Source of the DNA: Candidatus Staskawiczbacteria bacterium RIFCSPHIGHO2_01_FULL_39_25
GTDB lineage: Bacteria > Patescibacteriota > Minisyncoccia > Minisyncoccales > Staskawiczbacteraceae
NCBI GenBank assembly: GCA_001820095.1
Contig: MHOO01000008.1
Location: 8,597-72,596, forward strand
DNA length: 64,000 nucleotides
Direction: 5' to 3'
The notes beneath the pieces were generated by a model that saw nothing but the letters and a program-made list of their open reading frames with translations, was not told where the DNA came from and searched no databases. Both the position numbers and the translations under genes were made by a program. This document shows positions 46,401-53,911 of the stretch, in pieces; within the stretch, counting starts at the first letter, position 1, and each line of letters starts with the position of its first letter.

Positions 46401-46917
46401 CCTTGAATTAGAGTCATTGAAGCTCTTAAAGGATGGAGTTGATATTACTGACTCAGTAACCATCAGGGAAAACATTGTTGGCGCTTCAGTTGAAGGTACG
46501 AATGGAGTAACCGAAGATACTACTAAGATTGTAGTAACTTGGGATGGCGATACTGAAGACACCATTTCGGCAGGAGGTTCAACCACTTACACGGTAAGAG
46601 GTACACCTCAGGCCTTTGGTTCTAGTTCCACCGGAAAAGACAGTGTTGCCTTGGCGTTCAATGCAGATACTGCTGATGTAGCATTTGGCAGTACTACCGT
46701 TGACTTCATTGGCTACCTGAACGTTGGCACATCGTTAACCAGCATTATGAAGCTGTACAGCGCTGCAGCAGCTAATGCTTCAGCTGACGATGCTAATCTG
46801 ATCTGGTCAGACAATTCAGCAGTTGCTCACTCTGCTTCAACAACGGCCAGCACCGGAGACTGGACAAACAGCTATCTTATAAAAGATACGCTGACCTCTG
46901 AAGCCTGGTCAAGATAA
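43453..46917 (+). CDS. Large secreted cell-surface protein (1154 aa): signal peptide, coiled coil, PG_binding_1-like domain, (TP)n linker, ~1000-aa Thr/Ser/Ala/Val-rich beta region; S-layer-like
   Basis: AELQAQINALMAQLQALQ. LTVGSTGSDVKCLQALLN..RTLAAVRVYQAQQGW. TPTPTPTPTPTPTPT at nt 43882-43929. Long 5' leader and double terminator. Confidence 0.6.
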   Translation: MNIRKTIITAAVALTTVAMIAPMSAGALTAAELQAQINALMAQLQALQGQSSGSPAVCAGIVFSRNLTVGSTGSDVKCLQALLNTSATTQVSLTGAGSPGNETTYFGSRTLAAVRVYQAQQGWTPANQVGPLTRAKLNAWLAGTTPTPTPTPTPTPTPTGAGLSVMLASDNPAAGTIVDGQALAPLAKFTFTNGDNAEVKVTGLKLKRIGVSADASLTNVYLFNGAIRISDGAAVSSTMVNFTNSAGIFTVPSMGSVTISVLSDINGTSGETVGMQLVASTDVSTNASSVKGTYPITGNLMTLATGTLAGVEWNATTQPSSASDVDPQDAFRVFENSIIVTTRAVDMTRISFKKTGSASNTDLQNFKLYVDGVQVGSTMQLSTSTVLDAGSYVTFDLTGAPKRLEAGTRVIKLLADIVGGSSLNFTMHLWNSADVTFVDTQYGANVLSDLIADASFTKRSTAEQTISSGTLTITKMSDSPSGDIVDAASNALLAKFQLKAAGEKVKVETLYISANVNTASVSGLRNGAIYANGIQIGSTTTLYDPADSSFDYTTFNLGSSLIVEPGSPVILTVRADIYDTGTSDTTNNIVSGSTIQVTLEGASTNNNATGLVSATTLDVPAADVSGNSLTVAQGTLALSLDPAYTAHSVVAPLTAYKVADYNLFASTSEAVNISTINVVLDEVSSYATNLYVKYGTQMTTVKPTVAATNTWSINYMLAAGVTIPVEVYMDVSNLMTSGTGTVVTDFDSTTASSAVAANSAEVTGQALTYTTGTLAKSFASTPQNQVVSGNQEIEIGRWKLTSSYQAFKVTELKLDPDVSSSSSDNAEDAISSVTLWDGSTQVGVAESFNNINTDGSTGGYFFTGLSLMVPASTTKTLTAKATLAIPSATNGTSGLRTVPSLTWVQYEDPDGAVSTIDADTDGNSTYVYKTVPKLEKVEITTNTFINGEVVDLYKFKLTAPAQGEVNVKQFKLDLSWSDINTVALELESLKLLKDGVDITDSVTIRENIVGASVEGTNGVTEDTTKIVVTWDGDTEDTISAGGSTTYTVRGTPQAFGSSSTGKDSVALAFNADTADVAFGSTTVDFIGYLNVGTSLTSIMKLYSAAAANASADDANLIWSDNSAVAHSASTTASTGDWTNSYLIKDTLTSEAWSR

Positions 46918-46970
46918 TTCCTGAATGACGCCCTTGTTCGTTTGGTAAACGAACTTAAGGGAAAAACAAA

Positions 46971-47000
46971 AAACCCGCTTTCGCGGGTTTTTTGTTTTTT
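46971..47000 (+). terminator. Strong rho-independent terminator (preceded by a second hairpin at 46931-46961)
   Basis: AAACCCGC-tttc-GCGGGTTT followed by TTTGTTTTTT. Confidence 0.8.
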
Positions 47001-47074
47001 ATGTTTTACGTTATGTTATAATACAACCGTAAGGGTCGATATTATAATTAAATAATTAAAAATTAAAAAATCTT

Positions 47075-48295
47075 ATGAAAATAAAAAATCTTTTATTAGT
47101 AACACTCTCACTTTTAATTGGTAGTTTAGTAAGCGGCGGCGTTGCTTTTGCAGTGCCTGGCTTCTTTGCTCAAGGTGGTAGCTCTTTTTTAGAAAACGCA
47201 TTTTTGGGCACCAACGACAATTTCCCATTAATTATTGAAACCAATAATATAGAAAGGGCGCGCTTTGATACTAATGGCAATCTTGGCATTGGCACAAGTT
47301 CTCCATCTTCACTGTTATCTTTAGGGTCTGCCTCAACAACTACCGGAAGTTTATCTTTAGCTAATTCATCAAGCGCAAGTTTATTAACTTTAATTTCTGG
47401 CAACAATAGTTCTCCCTGGACATTAACATTCCCAATTTCAGACGGCAATAGCGGAGAAGTTTTAAAAACAGATGGCTCTGGAAATACTTCATGGGGATCA
47501 GTAGCAGATAGTGAACTATCTCTTTCCGATATTACTACCAACAACGTTTCAACCTCAAAGCATGGTTTTGCCCCAAAAGCTCCCAATGATGCGACTAAAT
47601 TTTTTGATGGAACAGCTAATTACGATACGGTTAAAGATTCTGACCTTTCCCTTTCAGATATCACCACGAATGATGTATCAACTACCAAGCACGGATTTGC
47701 TCCTAAAGCTCCCAATAATACTACTAGATTTTTGAGAGGAGATGCTACATGGTCAGCATTGCCATCACCTCATACTACGGTATCAACCTATATTCCAAAA
47801 CCAGCTGGGCTAGAAGGTGTTGCTACAAATGCTCTTAATAGTAATACCACGATGCTTGTTGGTCAAATTTATATTCCCTTTAAAATTATCGCTAACAAAA
47901 TTTCTTTTAGAAACGAAGGTGCAGCCACCTCTGGGACAGCTGACATTACAATGTATTCAGAAGACGGACAAAATCAAATTTTTACAGTCACAACAGGAAC
48001 GATAAATGCGGAGTCCATCATTACTACTTCTTTATCATCAGAAACCACTATTAATCCAGGAGTTTACTACATAGCTATTAACCCCAATAGTACTACAGAT
48101 GTTCAACCTTGGCTTTGGACGGCAGGATCAGGTCCCTTTATATGGACAGGGAGTATCTTGTCTGATGTAGCATCTGAACCAGTTTTAGCAGGAACACTTA
48201 CAATTACTGCAGGAACTCCTCCATCAACAATTACACCAAATTCAATTACCGAATCAAGTGGCCCCGCAACATTAATATTTAGATTAGATAATTAA
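47075..48295 (+). CDS. Secreted tail-fibre-like protein (406 aa) with a 43-aa tandem repeat
   Basis: Signal peptide. ERARFDTNGNLGIGTSSP motif, as I recall from phage tail-fibre-type proteins. D-S-[ED]-LSLSDITTN-x-VST-x-KHGFAPKAPN occurs twice. Confidence 0.5.
   Translation: MKIKNLLLVTLSLLIGSLVSGGVAFAVPGFFAQGGSSFLENAFLGTNDNFPLIIETNNIERARFDTNGNLGIGTSSPSSLLSLGSASTTTGSLSLANSSSASLLTLISGNNSSPWTLTFPISDGNSGEVLKTDGSGNTSWGSVADSELSLSDITTNNVSTSKHGFAPKAPNDATKFFDGTANYDTVKDSDLSLSDITTNDVSTTKHGFAPKAPNNTTRFLRGDATWSALPSPHTTVSTYIPKPAGLEGVATNALNSNTTMLVGQIYIPFKIIANKISFRNEGAATSGTADITMYSEDGQNQIFTVTTGTINAESIITTSLSSETTINPGVYYIAINPNSTTDVQPWLWTAGSGPFIWTGSILSDVASEPVLAGTLTITAGTPPSTITPNSITESSGPATLIFRLDN
47507..47750 (+). 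repeat. 129-nt tandem duplication inside the 406-aa gene
   Basis: Repeat units start at 47507 and 47636. Confidence 0.75.
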
Positions 48296-48319
48296 TAGTA
48301 TTTAGCGAAAAATGCTTTA

Positions 48320-48354
48320 AATCAAAAGCCCGCAATTTTTGCGGGCTTTTGATT
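48320..48354. terminator. Bidirectional terminator, perfect 16-bp stem
   Basis: AATCAAAAGCCCGCAA-ttt-TTGCGGGCTTTTGATT. Confidence 0.8.
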
Positions 48355-48374
48355 CGCATTCTACATTCTTAAGC

Positions 48375-51017
48375 TTATTTCTTATCTCGTATCGTTTCTA
48401 CGTACCTAGGCCAATAGTTTCCTGGGAATGTGCTGATAAACTCTTCTACCTGTTTTTCTAAATCAGGCTTCAATCGTATCGTGGCAAGGGCTTCTTGGTA
48501 AGCGCTTTCATATTCTTTTAGCTCGTAGTAAATGTTGGCTAGACCCCAATGATAATCCCAATTATTGTAATCATTGCGGAGCAGTTGCACATAAATATTT
48601 TTGACAATTAAAATTTCCTTCAGCGCTTTTTCTTCCTGACCAACTTGCCGGTAAATATAGGCTAACGATGAATGAATGGCTGGATTATTTGGGCTTAACC
48701 CAAGCAATGCTTGAATAAATGGTACGATTTCCGGGTTTTCAGGCTGGGCTTTAAACACTTTTAATGCTTCTTGGCTGGCGCTGGTGTAATCTCCGGCTTG
48801 CCGGTATAAAAAGGCAAGCGTAGCATGGTGGCTGGCTGCCGAAGCCGGATTGGTTGGTATATCAATTCTTTCATAGGCTTTTACGGCTTCCTGCCAATTT
48901 TTTTGGCTCATGTAGGCCACGGCCAGCTGTTTGTAGACGGGGTTTAAGTAGCCGTTTTCCCGTGATAATGCTATATTTTTGGCGCCTTCTTTCTGCTCTC
49001 CTAAAAATATTTGGGCAATTCCCAAATACCAGTAGCACTCTCCAAGGCTTGGGTCAATGGCAACACAATCTTTGCCTATTTTTTCCATCATGATATAGTC
49101 TTCAGCCACCATATAATTCTTTTCCATTTCCATAAGCATTTCTTGCCGTTTCGGACTTAGTTTTATTGCTTCATTCAAATAACCTCTGGCTTCTGCTAAG
49201 AGAGCATCTTTTCTTTCAGGGTTTTTCTCTCTCGCCGCTAATACATTGGCGAATGATCCCTTAAAGAGCCAGGTTCTTGAGTGTTTTGGCTGTACCTTGG
49301 AGGCAAATTCCAGCAAAGAAAGGGATTTTTTTGAATACTCTACCTCTTTTTCCGGTTCAGCGAATGTGCACTTTCTTATAACATCAGAATGTTTTAATGC
49401 CGCGTATGATATTAATATCCCTGATTTCTCCCAATTTGATCCATTAGTAACCTCTAACGCCTTTTTGCATTTTTTTGCATCCGCAAGGTTATCGGCAAGC
49501 ACAATTTTTTCATTGAGGTAGAGCGGCTTTACCCCCCAGAACCAAAAGAAGATGACAACCAATGCCAAAAAGGCGATTGACGCAGGTTTTATGAAGGGCA
49601 TTGCTTTTGGAAGGGGCGCAATTTCTAATGTTTCGCTGTCTAAAGATATTAAGTGCAAAGCGTATCCTATGAAGAAAAAAGAAATCAGGTAAGTTGAAAA
49701 ATAATCAAAATTAAAGGAAAGGACGACTAAGTATCCAATGAACATTGCCTGCAGTCCATGGGCTGTATGGGAATTTTTGCTGTTGTCGGGGCGATATTTT
49801 ACTCTTTGAAGCTGCCAGAGGAGAATAACCCAGAATGCCACATATGATAAAAGCGCAAAAATGCCCGAGTTTGCCCAAATTTCCAAAAAGATATTATGGG
49901 GCCTGTCCCACCACAATTTTTGAAGGCTTGGGGGAAGGGTAGGGTCAAAGTATTTTTCAAAGCCGATATAAAAATTTTCCGGCCCCCAGCCCAGCCAGGG
50001 TTTTTCTTTAATGGCCTGCCATGTGATTTTCCATGCTGAAAGCCTGGTTCCTGCCAGGTCTTCAGCTACCAAATCAAAGGAAAGCCTGTTATTAATAAAG
50101 TAAGAAAGCTGCTGGTTGTTTTCAATGAAGCCAGGGAGTTTTGGGGTGGTGTTTACGTATACTAATGCAATCAAAAATAGTAGTATGAAAAGCGCTGACA
50201 CTATCTTAAATACCTTTAATCTTTTTGGATTAATAAATGTTATAAATCTATCTTCAGTTTTTGCGAATTTTGCGGGATAAAATAAGAAGTAAAAGGCAAA
50301 TGCAATGAATATTCCAAGATAAGCGGCTCGGGACCCCGTAATAAGCGCCGTAAGGAGGAAAAAAAGCGCCAAAGCCCCGTAAAATATCCTTCTATTTTTA
50401 TCTTTTTGTTCAAGGAAAACGGTAAAGCAAGAAAAGACCATAAAAACCAGGTAAATGGCTAGCGCCGTGGAGTTGCCGAAAAATGATGGGGGGCCTCCGG
50501 CTTCCCATCCTAAAAATATATCCTTAAAAAGGCCGAGATATTGGACTATGGCAAATACGCCGGCCAATACTCCAACGATGAAGTTTGTTTTAATAAGCCT
50601 ATCCCATGTACTTCCTTTAAGGAAAATAGTAATGATGGCCGTAAAGATAAGGTAAAAAAGCATATTGAGCATGCCTCCTGCCCTTGACGGCGACCCAAAA
50701 ATGCTGAACCGGATGTCTTCTGAGGTTATGGTTGAAATAATTAAGACAACAAAAAAGCCAAAAAAAGCGATAATAGGCAAATAAAAATACCAGTTTTTTT
50801 TCGGCAACGAAAAAGAAATGTCTCTTTTATAGAAAAATCTAAAAAGAGTATAACAGGTTAAAACGGTGATAATACCCCTGAATAAAATTGTTCTCGTCCA
50901 ATCAGAGGGCTGGAAGTTTGGCAGGAGAAGCGTTATGGGTAAAAATAAGGCAATACAGACTCCCCAATAAATCCAAGAGGGCATTTTTTCTAGGTAGGAA
51001 GCATTATTGTTTTTCAT
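48375..51017 (-). CDS. O-antigen-ligase/Wzy_C-domain polytopic membrane protein fused to C-terminal TPR repeats (880 aa)
   Basis: About 12 TM helices with ITGSRAAYLG (Wzy_C-like). The C-terminal ~350 aa contain repeated TPR-like A..Y......A....Y..A units. Confidence 0.75.
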   Translation of the reverse strand: MKNNNASYLEKMPSWIYWGVCIALFLPITLLLPNFQPSDWTRTILFRGIITVLTCYTLFRFFYKRDISFSLPKKNWYFYLPIIAFFGFFVVLIISTITSEDIRFSIFGSPSRAGGMLNMLFYLIFTAIITIFLKGSTWDRLIKTNFIVGVLAGVFAIVQYLGLFKDIFLGWEAGGPPSFFGNSTALAIYLVFMVFSCFTVFLEQKDKNRRIFYGALALFFLLTALITGSRAAYLGIFIAFAFYFLFYPAKFAKTEDRFITFINPKRLKVFKIVSALFILLFLIALVYVNTTPKLPGFIENNQQLSYFINNRLSFDLVAEDLAGTRLSAWKITWQAIKEKPWLGWGPENFYIGFEKYFDPTLPPSLQKLWWDRPHNIFLEIWANSGIFALLSYVAFWVILLWQLQRVKYRPDNSKNSHTAHGLQAMFIGYLVVLSFNFDYFSTYLISFFFIGYALHLISLDSETLEIAPLPKAMPFIKPASIAFLALVVIFFWFWGVKPLYLNEKIVLADNLADAKKCKKALEVTNGSNWEKSGILISYAALKHSDVIRKCTFAEPEKEVEYSKKSLSLLEFASKVQPKHSRTWLFKGSFANVLAAREKNPERKDALLAEARGYLNEAIKLSPKRQEMLMEMEKNYMVAEDYIMMEKIGKDCVAIDPSLGECYWYLGIAQIFLGEQKEGAKNIALSRENGYLNPVYKQLAVAYMSQKNWQEAVKAYERIDIPTNPASAASHHATLAFLYRQAGDYTSASQEALKVFKAQPENPEIVPFIQALLGLSPNNPAIHSSLAYIYRQVGQEEKALKEILIVKNIYVQLLRNDYNNWDYHWGLANIYYELKEYESAYQEALATIRLKPDLEKQVEEFISTFPGNYWPRYVETIRDKK

Positions 51018-51083
51018 GTGTTTTTGTGATATGTTGTAATAGACCTGTTGCTTAATATATAAAAATACAATTTTTTTTAACGA

Positions 51084-51524
51084 ATGTCAAAAAAAGTAGT
51101 TATTACATCTGGATATTTTAACCCAATCCATATCGGCCATATTAATTTAATAAAAGAAGCTAAGAAATTGGGCGATTTTTTAGTAGTGATTGTCAATAAT
51201 GATGAGCAGGTGAAAATCAAGAATTCCGTTAATTTTATGCCCCAGCAAGAAAGGATGGAAATAGTAAAGGCGCTAAAGTACGCCGACCACGTTTTTTTAT
51301 CGGTTGATAAGGATAAGAGCGTTGCCGAAAGCCTAAAGGCTGTGGCAAAATTATACCCGGGAGAATTATTTTTTGCGAAAGGAGGGGACAGGAACATAGA
51401 TAATATTCCCGACCAGGAAAAGAAGGTGTGTGAAGAATTTTCCATAAAAGTAATCAGCGGAGTGGGCGGAGATAAGATACAAAGCTCTTCTTGGCTTTTA
51501 AATAAGATAAAATCATCCTCATGA
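51084..51524 (+). CDS. Cytidylyl/adenylyl-transferase of the HIGH-motif family (TagD / RfaE-domain-II-like)
   Basis: SGYFNPIHIGHINL motif in a 146-aa protein. Confidence 0.7.
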   Translation: MSKKVVITSGYFNPIHIGHINLIKEAKKLGDFLVVIVNNDEQVKIKNSVNFMPQQERMEIVKALKYADHVFLSVDKDKSVAESLKAVAKLYPGELFFAKGGDRNIDNIPDQEKKVCEEFSIKVISGVGGDKIQSSSWLLNKIKSSS

Positions 51525-52273
51525 AAAAAAAGAAAGCTCTACAACACAGGGCGGGAATTTTAGGGCACGGAGAAGTTGGCCAGGCAATTGCCAAATTTTA
51601 TAGAAAGCCTTTGATTAAGGATTTGCAGCGGGATGACGGCTTGCAAGGCGTTGATATTTTGCATGTATGCATACCGTGGAGCGATAGCTTTATAAATACC
51701 GTAGAAGAGCAAATACAGCATATTCAGCCGAAATTAACCATTATCCATTCTACGGTGCCTCCCGGCACTACTAAAAAAATTGCGGACAAATTTTTGGGCA
51801 TGGCAGTTCATAGCCCTATACGAGGAGTGCATCCAAATTTATATGAAGGAGTAAAAACATTTGTTAAATATATTGGGGCCGATGATAAAAAAGCAGGCCT
51901 TCTGGCAAAAAAGCATTTGGAGAGTTTAGGTATTGCAACAAAACTTTTCCCTTCTTCGGCAACTACTGAAATAGGAAAACTTCTTGATACAACGTATTAT
52001 GGGCTTGCCATAGCTTGGCACGGCGAAATGAAAAAAATTACCGATGCCTTGGGAGTTGATTTTGACCACGCAGTAACTGATTTTAATAAAACTTATAATG
52101 AAGGGTATAAAAAATTAGGCAAGCACCATGTGGTAAGGCCCGTGCTTTCCGCCCCGAAAGGCCATATTGGCGGCCATTGCATTATTTCAAACACAAAATT
52201 ACTAAAGAAACATTTAGATAGCAAGGCTATTGATTTTATTTTAGATTATGAGCGCAAAGTACAGGAAAGTTAA
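51521..52273 (+). CDS. NAD(P)-binding protein, short nucleotide-sugar-dehydrogenase-like
   Basis: GILGHGEVGQAI Rossmann loop. The TEIGKLLDTTYYGLAIAW..GVDF central-domain-like segment and GGHCI give only a moderate resemblance. Confidence 0.4.
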   Translation: MKKKKALQHRAGILGHGEVGQAIAKFYRKPLIKDLQRDDGLQGVDILHVCIPWSDSFINTVEEQIQHIQPKLTIIHSTVPPGTTKKIADKFLGMAVHSPIRGVHPNLYEGVKTFVKYIGADDKKAGLLAKKHLESLGIATKLFPSSATTEIGKLLDTTYYGLAIAWHGEMKKITDALGVDFDHAVTDFNKTYNEGYKKLGKHHVVRPVLSAPKGHIGGHCIISNTKLLKKHLDSKAIDFILDYERKVQES

Positions 52274-52280
52274 AAATGTT

Positions 52281-52922
52281 ATGGCAAAGATTACCTCTAA
52301 AGATTACCATGATTACGTTATCAAAAATGGTAAGTTCATAGGTGAATTTGAGCAGATGTATCAAAACGTAAAAGACCCATGGAACCATGGCGCTGCCGAT
52401 ATTTCTTCTTATGATATGGCACTGTACTTAATGGATAAATATAATATTTGCAAAAAAGGCGGCGCCATATTTGACATTGGATGCGGAAAAGGAGCTTTTA
52501 CCCATAGGATAAAAAAAGCGTGCCCGAAAGCTAAAATCCTAGCGGTAGATATTTCTGAAACTGCAGTAAAAAAAGCAAAATCCCAGCATGGTAACAGCAG
52601 CATCGATTTTAGGGTAATGGATATACAAAAAGAATATAAAAGTATTGCCGGTAAATTTGACTTGATCGTAGTATCAAATGTCATGTGGTACATTCTCCCT
52701 GATTTTTCAAAAATAATGAACTACCTGAAGGGTAGTTTGAAAAATAATGGGTATGTATTGATACGGCAAACATTTTATAAAAAAGGAGAGCAAAAATATG
52801 GTAATAACATCATTTCATCGCCAGAAGATATGGTTTCTTTGCTGTCCTATAACCTTGTTGAGTTAATTGAATTAAATAGGACGACTGTCTATGAGGCAGT
52901 CGTTCTTTTGCAAAAAAATTAA
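52281..52922 (+). CDS. Class I SAM-dependent methyltransferase
   Basis: IFDIGCGKGAFT motif I. The start at 52281 lies after the upstream stop. Confidence 0.75.
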   Translation: MAKITSKDYHDYVIKNGKFIGEFEQMYQNVKDPWNHGAADISSYDMALYLMDKYNICKKGGAIFDIGCGKGAFTHRIKKACPKAKILAVDISETAVKKAKSQHGNSSIDFRVMDIQKEYKSIAGKFDLIVVSNVMWYILPDFSKIMNYLKGSLKNNGYVLIRQTFYKKGEQKYGNNIISSPEDMVSLLSYNLVELIELNRTTVYEAVVLLQKN

Positions 52923-52923
52923 T

Positions 52924-53808
52924 ATGAAGTGCACCCTTTGCGGCAGGGAAAAATTCAATATAGTAAAAAAGAGGATTAGGGATTCTCACGTACACAGCGT
53001 AGTAACCTGTAAAAAATGCGGCCTTGTACAATTATCACCCCGGCCTTCTTTAAAAAAAGAGCAAGAATTTTATGACAAGAATTTACAGTCAAAAAATATT
53101 CTCTCTCCCACCGATATAAAAACAATTACCTTAAATTCGCTGCATGATACCAACAGGCGCGCAGATTTTGTTGGCAAACATTGCAATAAAAAAAGCCATA
53201 TTTTAGACATAGGATCAGGCGATGGTTTGTTTTTAAAGGAAATGGAGGGCAGGGGATATAACATTACAGGACTGGAAGTATCAAAGGAAAGGCGGGAAAC
53301 TTCAAAAAAGGTTGCAAAAGCAAAAGTATTAGATATTAATCTTTTAAAAGACCAGCCGCCGGCAGATTTTAAAAAATTTGATGGTGTAACCTTAATTCAT
53401 GTTTTAGAGCATATTATTGACCCCGTATTATTTTTACAAAATATCGCAAAGAATTTTCTTAAAAAAGATGGCAGCATTATTATAGAGGTTCCAAATCTAG
53501 ATGATTTACTCGTTGTTGAAAATAAACAGTATGATGCATTTTATTGGCAAAGGGGGCATGTATTTTATTTCAATAAAAAAACTTTAACCCAAGTAGTCAA
53601 AAAAGGCGGGTTCTTAATAAAAAGCTTTGAATATGTCCAGCGGTATGGCTTAGAAAATTTTATGCATTGGCAGGTAAAAGGCAAGCCACAAATTGACAAG
53701 CCGACGTTTCAAATTGAAGGTGAATATAAATGGCTGGAAGATTACTATAAAAGTTACCTTTGCAAAATCGGCAAATCCGATACCATGATCATAGTGATAA
53801 AACCTTAA
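52924..53808 (+). CDS. Class I SAM-dependent methyltransferase with N-terminal zinc ribbon
   Basis: CTLCG..CKKCG ribbon, ILDIGSGDGLFL, and GSIIIEVPN. Confidence 0.75.
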   Translation: MKCTLCGREKFNIVKKRIRDSHVHSVVTCKKCGLVQLSPRPSLKKEQEFYDKNLQSKNILSPTDIKTITLNSLHDTNRRADFVGKHCNKKSHILDIGSGDGLFLKEMEGRGYNITGLEVSKERRETSKKVAKAKVLDINLLKDQPPADFKKFDGVTLIHVLEHIIDPVLFLQNIAKNFLKKDGSIIIEVPNLDDLLVVENKQYDAFYWQRGHVFYFNKKTLTQVVKKGGFLIKSFEYVQRYGLENFMHWQVKGKPQIDKPTFQIEGEYKWLEDYYKSYLCKIGKSDTMIIVIKP

Positions 53809-53911
53809 GGGTTAAGTAACTATAAAAGGCATAACTCTTTTTAAAAAACACCAATAACGGTGTTTTTACGGTATTGCTAAATAGTAAAAATATAGTAGTA
53901 TAATAGCAACT

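Noticed and set aside
47075-48295. The tail-fibre-like gene might be evidence of a prophage.
   Set aside because: No capsid, portal, terminase, integrase or lysis genes are nearby. The flanking genes are chromosomal envelope genes, each with its own terminator.
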